In this document: piece after piece, positions 27,601-33,934 of the stretch
Position numbering within the stretch: the first letter of the stretch is position 1
How the letters are laid out: every line of letters starts with the position of its first letter
Origin: an uncultured Bifidobacteriaceae bacterium
Lineage (GTDB): Bacteria > Bacteroidota > Bacteroidia > UKL13-3
Direction: 5' to 3'
Assembly (NCBI GenBank): GCA_964429245.1
Contig: CAYSBE010000002.1
Coordinates: 1 to 55,102 of the forward strand
Length of the DNA stretch: 55,102 bases
Program-made: the position numbers and the translations under genes
The notes under the pieces: generated by a model
What the model saw: only the letters and a program-made list of their open reading frames with translations
What the model was told of the DNA's origin: nothing
Databases searched by the model: none

Positions 27601-29392
27601 TTTATGTGCGGGAGCAAGTCGTAATTTTGCTTTTACTTTTGGCACAAGCAACCAAGCAAGTTATCGTGTAATAAAAACTGCTGCCCCTCCATCTTCGACA
27701 GTAACACAATTGAATGCTAATGGAAGTAATGCAACAACCACAGCATTGGCAGGTGAAGCAATATCGGCTGTGCAAAGTGTTGGTTGTGCAGAAATGCAGT
27801 ACAATTTTTATCCAAATGTACAAGGCAGTTCATCTGCGGGTCCATCGCTAAGTTACGACCCAACCACGAAGCGCATCACCGCAACATCATCCTTCAACCA
27901 ATCTAAACTATTCCGCAATGGCGTGTTGGTGTTAAATAATACAAGTTCAGGAAATATCAATTACCTTACTACATTTCGTTGTGGAACCTATTATGCCGAA
28001 TATAGCAATACAGGTGGAAATTGTCCTTCTATTTCTGCAAATTTAGTAATTACACCAACCGACACATTCAATAAAATAGCAAGCTTGTGTCCAAGCTCAA
28101 GTATCACATTTGGCACACAAACCATTACTGCTGCAGGTGTTTACTTTCAAACATTTGCTGGTGTGATAGGTAATTGTGATAGCTTAGTAAGACTAACAGT
28201 TACTCCAGCATCACCATCTTCATCTTCACTTAGCAGAAACGGATGCGGAAGTATTTTGTTATTCGGTAAAACGTATACCACCAGCGGACAATATTTAGAT
28301 ACGATACCAAATGCAGCGGGATGTGATAGTGTAATAACTTTGAACTTAACCATTCAACCTGGTGGACCTTCAATTAATAATATTACTCGTAGTGATTGTT
28401 ATAACTTTACCTTGAATGGTAAAACCTATACACAAACGGGTGTTTACAGAGATACCTTATTTAGTGCTAGTTTTACCGGCTGTGATAGTATATTGGTATT
28501 GAACCTCACCTTAAATGTAAGTCGTGTAACATTGCCATCACAAGTTGCATGCAAGCGATACCTTTTCAACAATAAACTAATTACAACAAGTGGAACATAC
28601 CGCGATACATTAACAAATATCAATAGCTGTGATAGCATCATTACCATCACTGTTACCATTAACACGGTTGACAAAACTGTAACCAAAACAGGCAATACAC
28701 TTGAAGCAACCGGTACAGCAATCAATACTTACCAATGGATTAACTGTAGCAATAACCTACCTATAACTGGTGCAACTACAAGCTCGTTTGCACCAATAAA
28801 TTCAGGAGATTATGCAGTGATACTTACTGGAACTAACGGGTGTGTTGATACATCATCATGTACTAATGTTACAATAGGAACATGCAATATTTCAGTAAGT
28901 CATACGGTGCTGAATCCAGGCAATGATCCTCGTTGTAAAAATGTATTAATTACAGTTACCAATGCAACAGTTCCTGTCACGTATAATATTTCTTGGTTAT
29001 CAAACCCAACCGGAAATACGGCAACACTGAATACCCTAAACAATACTTACAATGATGTATGTCCTGATACCTATAAAGTTGTAGTTACAGACAATAACGG
29101 GTGTAAAGATTCTGTTTCATTTATCATTAATGAACCGGTAGGAATTGCAGAATTAGTTATGAATGAAATTGATATTTATCCAAATCCGGCAAGTAATTTG
29201 GTTTGGTTGAATCAACTGCCTTCAAAATCAACAATTAAAATTTCTGATGTTACAGGCAAAATATTATATCAAAAAAATACAGATAACACAATCTTACAAA
29301 TTGAAACTACACAATGGAATAATGGATTATATTTTGTAGAAATTGAGTATGCCGATTTGCGCATTATCAAAAAACTTATTATCAGTAAATAA
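21626..29392 (+). CDS. Giant secreted T9SS cargo protein (2588 aa): SBBP-type beta-propeller, PKD-like domain, 5 LamG-like supermodules, two-Cys repeats, SprB-like repeat, T9SS C-terminal domain
   Basis: Signal peptide MKKLLLVFAIIFTMLHAKAQ. DGFVAKY...G...W....GG SBBP repeats. Five units start NNGL[VLI]R[YHF]W and end ...FD[DE]I.IYN.... C-terminus is IYPNPASNLVWLN...GLYFVEIEY...LIISK. Confidence 0.9.
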   Translation: MKKLLLVFAIIFTMLHAKAQPILNWQGTAGTSTPIRVNATAYDESGNLYVGGYFQSNIDLDFGPGEAILTPVGSYDAFVAKYNAFGEFQWARRIGGSSGDQVNGIYFANGELVVTGFFLGTTIFNSPLFNPQLVSNGSSDIFVVRYSTTGNIVTSPIKIGGTGNDEAAGVKVDAVGNIYLFGAIGSANVNFNLSGSTLLSSSGSNDGFVAKYDVNYTVQWVKGYGGGVGINDIVYDLDIDQQGNVYAVGEFGGAVSNFNNGVTLNTAGNADGFVAKINNLGNTLWARRIGSTGNDMIRNLKLDGKGAAYISGTFSSGPVNLNPNGTAINFSSLGSTDGFVSKLDTNLATATWIKHFGGNGADNIYALDIDTLGNVYTTGAFSTTALFPVGTSASSLTSSGVEDVFVSKINTLGNYVWSYRRGGALADLGRGISVSKNGNHVFVGGTEGNTLFLSKLGECNDVGIITGDKNLCATSQKVYSVAAVAGATSYIWTLPSGWSGTSTTNSITVTPSTNGGNITVTPITTCGNGFNRSISIVYGITAIDNNLVRHWLADSADNNRDRLNNFQLTLTNTVKDTDRFSTPNAAYRISNSTGFIGTGGSLPTGNTSIAFWYYYQKNGGINNVILGSNTGTVPAGHPLMLIDNNAERIYPWSNTGTAIGSGSVIAPNTWHHITLVRNGSSFVFYLNGAQVATGTNLATTNFDRIGNNRPGFETQGATGKFDEIRIYNIQIDAIQVQNIYNFGQVRRLNISQAACSGSTAQQSIQFSAMGANYQWFKNTQTAGTNSANYANTFVTGDTLIQVSTENQCITETYRKAYVVSNPTSSNITATACGTFMVGNKAYYRSGQYTTTLKGINGCDSVVNLNLTINNTTALKIDTNLIGHFTMNMGDTLANASIIKNRVGAITLSQTSLKLYTSDRHLNPGAAINMAEPFYFSNLIPYTNTTFSFWYRYEQPSVPLTQYLLGGNLFGTNGMYLGVNSANRLFSNDNFGNSSNGSTALDTNQWYHITIAFASNNSASVYLNGVLQYTIIGLATAPISTIGGFQGISNSGFGKIDDIRIFNKQLNATQTSQLVKRPSLLSWNPTNNLCVGETFNYNLAISDTNETIFEVYRNTTLVGTNPMGAFSNITKADTSITIKVLNNCTFEQYHTRLFINQEYDTIRAAVCGSYSFNGKTYTNSGLYRDTIIHSSTCTSFYTMFINVNDTNANRASSNGLIRYWSANASDIGRDLTGGDTLSLVGTVEYNVGRSGTASSGLRILGTTAVIRTNIPPMNVGTISFMYRHGAENTTKVLLGSNTNSLPNGNPLLVVVNNNFQVWNNTGTGTPISAFVNNNWYHIVLVRNGSNYKLYLNNNLVSEGNNLSVSNFDRLGNNRAGFETQGANGCIFDDIFIYNRELTPTEISILGSSTTLLSATKPTALCVGADATVRSSFQSAGGWKYSIWRGNNKIADTTFATISNVTLADTSTVVIKAFSNCRIVEYPIGLNISNQTADLNNGLLRFWTMKNTENRNSLTNGQSPYSITGSIIPELGRNNLDTSGAVQILDKNNHWINTDLATTELQNGQPYTVSFWLRSTFNNQGSEEGILISNSNASSVAPLQLSVGNQLQVLNNVGQPIYSSTNLPAGIWYHIVYANNGGGYYKLIVNGQIASEGSGSLPNWRPERIGNGRPALTNRGVRGRYDDIMIYNRVITDAEAVSIYNMPAIISTPLGLSSCNNNLTSFKWDMRDTTPTSYTFYRNANTTFADSTSLGFVVTAADTVVGMRIDKACSTIKLTSRINKSVTNLNNGLVRYWTMNAVDKEQSLSRAPFEPVQQFQRSSVTSMPYVLGGQALSMNNKVDYILLSFVATVNTTFSLWYRPNAVIGTESDRSILGSTTSSVLNAQVVGSELRLRPVGTNGNYLGSSYFTLTPGVFHHIVFTRNGTNYEVYVNDTLRLSGTGISQSIVQYVGNTNGFTFGALGFYDNIAVYNRAIGSDEAKALFRLPSLTAIPDTSALCAGASRNFAFTFGTSNQASYRVIKTAAPPSSTVTQLNANGSNATTTALAGEAISAVQSVGCAEMQYNFYPNVQGSSSAGPSLSYDPTTKRITATSSFNQSKLFRNGVLVLNNTSSGNINYLTTFRCGTYYAEYSNTGGNCPSISANLVITPTDTFNKIASLCPSSSITFGTQTITAAGVYFQTFAGVIGNCDSLVRLTVTPASPSSSSLSRNGCGSILLFGKTYTTSGQYLDTIPNAAGCDSVITLNLTIQPGGPSINNITRSDCYNFTLNGKTYTQTGVYRDTLFSASFTGCDSILVLNLTLNVSRVTLPSQVACKRYLFNNKLITTSGTYRDTLTNINSCDSIITITVTINTVDKTVTKTGNTLEATGTAINTYQWINCSNNLPITGATTSSFAPINSGDYAVILTGTNGCVDTSSCTNVTIGTCNISVSHTVLNPGNDPRCKNVLITVTNATVPVTYNISWLSNPTGNTATLNTLNNTYNDVCPDTYKVVVTDNNGCKDSVSFIINEPVGIAELVMNEIDIYPNPASNLVWLNQLPSKSTIKISDVTGKILYQKNTDNTILQIETTQWNNGLYFVEIEYADLRIIKKLIISK
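23264..27574 (+). repeat. Five in-frame supermodules (about 845-1004 nt each), each a LamG/ConA-like lectin domain plus a Cys-bracketed beta-domain
   Basis: Unit starts are at about 23264, 24264, 25268, 26113 and 26985. Each has a W[YF]HI....NG.....Y.NG core and an FD(D/E)I.I(Y/F)N tail. Confidence 0.75.
28082..28666 (+). repeat. Four tandem about 45-50-aa two-cysteine repeats (C-x6-G/NKTYT-x-SG-x-Y-x-DT...CDS[IV]..L.LT[IV])
   Basis: Examples: LCPSSSITFGTQTITAAGVYFQTF..CDSLVRLTVT, GCGSILLFGKTYTTSGQYLDTI..CDSVITLNLTI, DCYNFTLNGKTYTQTGVYRDTL..CDSILVLNLTL, ACKRYLFNNKLITTSGTYRDTL..CDSIITITVTI. Two more solitary copies lie near 24115 and 25118. Confidence 0.8.
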
Positions 29393-29413
29393 TCTTTATT
29401 AAATCATTCTGTT

Positions 29414-29452
29414 AAAAAAACCACCTCTCAGAAAATGTGAGGTGTTTTTTTT
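29414..29452. terminator. Bidirectional intrinsic terminator between the convergent 2588-aa and 1226-aa genes
   Basis: A7 run, stem cacctc / gaggtg with an 11-nt loop, then a T8 run. Confidence 0.65.
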
Positions 29453-29543
29453 AACCAATTAATTGCTCTTATCCTTTTGATTTTGCACTAAAAGTTACTG
29501 GTTGGTTGTCTTTAAAATTTTACGATTAGTTACTTAGGTTTAA

Positions 29544-32500
29544 TTACTGTATTAATAGTTTTTGTGTTTGTGTGGTTCCATCATCCAATTTTAAACGGGC
29601 ATAGTAAATACCGCTGCTGTATTGTTGTAAGGAAATATTTTCATTCCCATTAACGCTGTATGTTGCTATAACCTGACCGTTGTTATTGATAATTTCAATT
29701 TGCTGCACCTTGTTTCCTGCAGTAGTGTTGGCATACAGCTTAAACACTTTGATTTGTCCTGCAATCGGAATTAGCAAATGGCTATTTTTTGTTGACCCTG
29801 AATTGTTACCAATAAACACAATGTTCGAATACCTAAAGCTACCATCCATATCTATCATCTTTAGTCGATAATAACTATTCTCCGATTCATGTGGGTCTTC
29901 AAATTGATATATTGATTTTCTTGCTTTGCTATTGGTGGCAATGCGTTTCCCTATCCATTCAAAGTTGTCTCCCCAATTAAACTTTCTTTCTATTTCAAAA
30001 TGACTCACATTAATTTCATCAGTTGTTTGCCATTCCAATTCTATTGTTTGGTTATTGAGTCTTTTCCCTGAAAATGATATCAATTGCAAAGGCAAAGCAT
30101 TATTACTCGGCCCTTGTATCTCCATATCATCTATTGCTACTCCCGCAGCCACAACAGCAGGGTCTGTTCTAAACACAAACCTAAATGCAACCCTTGCATT
30201 GTTTTGTAAAAACGAAACGTTAAAACTTTTAAGTGCATAAGTAACATTATTTGCGTTAAAAAATGCTTGATTCACAGGAAACGCTGCAGAACCTGCAGTA
30301 TTGGCAAAATCATACCAACCTATTGAGGTAGTTGTGGCTAGCGGTATCCATGATGTTCCTGTATCTATTGAATATTCAACGCGAAATCCATCATACCCAA
30401 TTTCAAACACATTGCGGCAATAAAAACTAAAGGTATAGGTACCTGATGCAGAAAAATTATAGTTTGGTGTATACAAATAGGCTGTGGTATTATTTGCATA
30501 ATTTCCAGATAAGCCGGTAACCCATGCAAAGCTTCCGCTTCGCGTGCCGGCTTTGCCAGCGGTAGCTGAATTGCCCCTAACAAATGCGGTACCCGATATG
30601 AGTGATGAAGCGAAATCCGTAGCATTTACATCAAAATTACCCCCCATTGCCAAGGTGTAAGGTATTCCTCTGTATGGCAGTACCTGAATATATGCGGTTT
30701 GGGTTCTGGTTGAAAATCCGCCATTGATAGTAAGCGAAACAGTATATATTCCCGGTGTTGTGTATACCTTAAATGGATTGGCGGTTGAAGCAGATGTTGC
30801 ATCACCAAAGTTCCAGCTAAATGAAGTTGCTTTACCTGACATGTTTGTAAATTGAACACCTTGGCCTTGATAAATTACGGTGCGGTTGGCTATAAAATCT
30901 GCGTAAGGATCCATAAATATGTCTGAGGAATAAAGTCCCCTGCCATGTGTTGACACAATTACCATTTTATCTGATGCACGAAGTTTTAACATCGTGCAGC
31001 GTGTATTAGCCAATCCAGCATTGCTAGGCTGCCAATCAGTTGTAGAGCCTCGTAAGCTATCGGTGCTCCATACACCTAACTCTGTTGCAATAATTGCCTG
31101 CCAAGGTTTAGTAGGGTTAAGCAAAATCCAACGTATCGGCATATCTGGTAAATTCCCATCGCAAGCAGCCCATGTGCTTCCTCCATTTTTTGTTTCCCAA
31201 ATATTGTTTACCCCATAGTTTGATTGAATGGCTATGATGTGGTTCTCATTTCCTTTTTCAACTTCAATGCAGTTTACATAATTGGTAAATCCGGCTACGC
31301 CATTGTTTAAGTGGGTACCATTTCGCATGGTATCAATATTTGCACTATCTACCCTAACAATGCGTCCATTACTCGATCCAAAATATACCCTTCTTGAAAC
31401 ATTTGGTGAGACCGTTACAGCTGAAACCTGAGCGGTAATTTGAGGAACCCGCACAGGGGTGAAACTAGAGCCTGATTGCGGATTGTTCCATCGAAGGTAG
31501 TTGTTGGTTGACAATGCAGCATAAAGAAAATTCAACGAGTCATCATAATCGGTTGGATTAATAAATCGACCATTATCGCCATAGCTGGCTCCTGAAAAAC
31601 TATTGCCTCCGTTAGTGGATCGGTAATAGTTATTGTATACATAAGATGTAAACTGAAACTGAGGTTGATTTTGATCAATATGACAATATGCGCCATCACC
31701 ACCTGTAACTTCTGTTGTGCTGTTGATACCCGATGTCGTAAAACGATGCGAACCATTATCTTGGGATCCGGCAAGAAAAAATGGGTTGCCGGCTGTAGGA
31801 TGTATATCACAAGCATAAAACTGTGTGGTGATATAATTTCTTTCTTTGCTTATTATGGATGGGATAGTAGCGTTTGCGTTTTGCGTGCGGTAAATTCCAC
31901 CGTCATTTAAAAAGTAAAGGATATTGGAACTGCCCGGACTAAACTGGGCGTAATGTTGATCGGCATGCACATTTTGAAATCCAAAACCGCCATACCAATG
32001 TGAAACTTGCTGCCATGATGAACCGCCATTAGCTGTTTTAAACAAATCAATTCCTCCAACAAAACACACATTGCTGTTATTAGGGTCCACGGCTATGGAT
32101 AAATCATACCATGCCTGGTTGCGGCTAAAATCTTTCCATGGATTGCCGGTTCCCGGCACACCCGGATCGGCATCAATAGGATGTGACGCTACCGTATCCC
32201 ATGTGTTTCCAGCGTTGGTTGATTTTATAATGGCGCTAATGCGACTGGCATTTTCAACCAATCCCCAAATAGTGTTGGTATCATTATTGGCCATTGCAAT
32301 TTCTATTTCCCTTCGATTGATATATGATGGAATGGGCATTGTATCCCAAGTGTTACCTCCATTAAATGATTTGCGAATATATCCAGTATTTGAACCTCCG
32401 GTAGAAACGGTTGCATAATACGTTCCATTGGCTGCACGTTCAATATCATACGCAATGGTTGATGCCGTTCCTAATACCCTTGAAAAAGCAGTTCCCCCAT

Positions 32501-33224
32501 TTACAGATCGGTACAATCCTGTTCGTGTTGCAACAAACAAGGTATCTCCATTTCCGGTTGTATATAATTTTTGACAATAGTGATAACTGCTGTTGTTGGT
32601 TGCTGAAAGCTGAGTCCACGTAATTCCTTTATTGGTGCTCTTCCACACCCCAAGTCCCCTAGCGGCATCGCTATTTCCGTTGCCTTCTCCTGTACAGAAA
32701 TACATGATATTATGATTTGAAGGCGCTTGTGTGATATACGTTACGGCAAGGTTCTGAAACATGTCGTTTACAGGTACCCAATTTGGCTCAGTAGCAGTAA
32801 TATCGGTTGTTTTCCAAATGCCACCATTCACGCCTGCTGTCCAAATTGTCTTTCGTGAAGTATCGCTCAGGTCAATGCATATGGCACGCGTTCTGCCCCC
32901 GCAGTTATTTGGCCCTCTTGATTGCCATTGAATTCCGGGAATGGCTGCTTTGCCGTAAAAACGCTGAATGCTCATCATGTATTTCCAAGCATCCAAAAGC
33001 CTTTCATTTGGCACCTCTCCTGTTTCCGGATCCATCATCATTTCGCGCTCTTGTGCCCAAGCCAAGTCAATACGGTCTTTTTTAGGAATCCTGCCTTTGC
33101 GTGACTCCATTTTTATATCATGAAACACTTCATAAGGATTTTTGATATCCCCAATTAGTATCACTATGACAGAAATAATTCCAAGTGCAAGAAACCCTAT
33201 TATGAGAATTTTATTTCGGTTCAT
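29544..33224 (-). CDS. Large T9SS cargo protein (1226 aa): N-terminal signal anchor, BNR/Asp-box beta-propeller (sortilin/VPS10-like), PKD domain, MAM-like jelly-roll, Fn3-like domain, T9SS C-terminal domain
   Basis: Repeated S/T-x-(D/N)-x-G-x-(T/S)-W motifs (KSTNKGITWTQL, KSFNGGNTWDTM, KSTNAGNTWDTV, KTANGGSSWQQV, ETKNGGSTWAAC). PKD motif FSWNFGDATS...PGIYTVSLTI. C-terminus GIYYARL...KLLIQ. A TAACTTTG -7 box lies at 33244-33251 (minus strand). Confidence 0.88.
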   Translation of the reverse strand: MNRNKILIIGFLALGIISVIVILIGDIKNPYEVFHDIKMESRKGRIPKKDRIDLAWAQEREMMMDPETGEVPNERLLDAWKYMMSIQRFYGKAAIPGIQWQSRGPNNCGGRTRAICIDLSDTSRKTIWTAGVNGGIWKTTDITATEPNWVPVNDMFQNLAVTYITQAPSNHNIMYFCTGEGNGNSDAARGLGVWKSTNKGITWTQLSATNNSSYHYCQKLYTTGNGDTLFVATRTGLYRSVNGGTAFSRVLGTASTIAYDIERAANGTYYATVSTGGSNTGYIRKSFNGGNTWDTMPIPSYINRREIEIAMANNDTNTIWGLVENASRISAIIKSTNAGNTWDTVASHPIDADPGVPGTGNPWKDFSRNQAWYDLSIAVDPNNSNVCFVGGIDLFKTANGGSSWQQVSHWYGGFGFQNVHADQHYAQFSPGSSNILYFLNDGGIYRTQNANATIPSIISKERNYITTQFYACDIHPTAGNPFFLAGSQDNGSHRFTTSGINSTTEVTGGDGAYCHIDQNQPQFQFTSYVYNNYYRSTNGGNSFSGASYGDNGRFINPTDYDDSLNFLYAALSTNNYLRWNNPQSGSSFTPVRVPQITAQVSAVTVSPNVSRRVYFGSSNGRIVRVDSANIDTMRNGTHLNNGVAGFTNYVNCIEVEKGNENHIIAIQSNYGVNNIWETKNGGSTWAACDGNLPDMPIRWILLNPTKPWQAIIATELGVWSTDSLRGSTTDWQPSNAGLANTRCTMLKLRASDKMVIVSTHGRGLYSSDIFMDPYADFIANRTVIYQGQGVQFTNMSGKATSFSWNFGDATSASTANPFKVYTTPGIYTVSLTINGGFSTRTQTAYIQVLPYRGIPYTLAMGGNFDVNATDFASSLISGTAFVRGNSATAGKAGTRSGSFAWVTGLSGNYANNTTAYLYTPNYNFSASGTYTFSFYCRNVFEIGYDGFRVEYSIDTGTSWIPLATTTSIGWYDFANTAGSAAFPVNQAFFNANNVTYALKSFNVSFLQNNARVAFRFVFRTDPAVVAAGVAIDDMEIQGPSNNALPLQLISFSGKRLNNQTIELEWQTTDEINVSHFEIERKFNWGDNFEWIGKRIATNSKARKSIYQFEDPHESENSYYRLKMIDMDGSFRYSNIVFIGNNSGSTKNSHLLIPIAGQIKVFKLYANTTAGNKVQQIEIINNNGQVIATYSVNGNENISLQQYSSGIYYARLKLDDGTTQTQKLLIQ

Positions 33225-33316
33225 TCCATTTTATTCAGTTAGTCAAAGTTATGGATTTATATTAAAATACTGCTTTTGTGAAATGTGTATTAAATGATAT
33301 GCAAATACTGCATAAA

Positions 33317-33809
33317 ATGAATGGGTATAAACTTGCATCTCTTGTTTTTATTTCTGTCGTTATCTTCACCGGTTGTAAAAAAGACGATAATGATAATTTA
33401 GGTACAGTAACAACTGCACCATATAATCCGATTAACCAACTAAAAGGACCGGTTAATGGAAACATCATAGGTAGCTGGTCGCCTATTGAGTCCTACGAAC
33501 AAAGAAAAATCCAATACCGGCAAAGATACCGTATTTAAAGAGGTGATGCCTGCTTGCGAAACAGATGATCAACTTGTTTTTAATTCAGATAATAAAGCTA
33601 CATTAATCTTTGGAATGGTAAAATGCGATCCTACAGATAAGGAAGAAAACATTACCATCACATGGAGTTTAAATGCATTGCAAACCAAATTAACCTTAGA
33701 CTTTATTGGAGAAGAAACCTATCATGTTTACCGTTTAGACAACCAGCGCTTAATAATTGCAAGTACTTATAGAGGTGATATCTTTATAACTGTTTTTAAA
33801 CGAAACTGA
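33317..33809 (+). pseudogene. Lipocalin-like lipoprotein gene interrupted by a +1 frameshift (or a sequencing error)
   Basis: Frame A (33317-33538) encodes the lipobox MNGYKLASLVFISVVIFTGC and ...IIGSWSPIES, then stops. Frame B is open from 33471 to 33809 and encodes the rest of a lipocalin-like domain (...ACETDDQLVFNSDNKATL...). Both frames are open over 33471-33538, which contains the run aaagaaaaa (33501-33509). Confidence 0.55.
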
Positions 33810-33934
33810 TTGCTCCCAATCATTTTTTCACTAATGCTTTGGTTTGATAATCAAATTCATGAGCAAACCTTGCCTTTAAAGCGAAATTGCCTTAGTCATT
33901 CAAACTGTTTTAGCCGTATTATTGTTCATTCATC

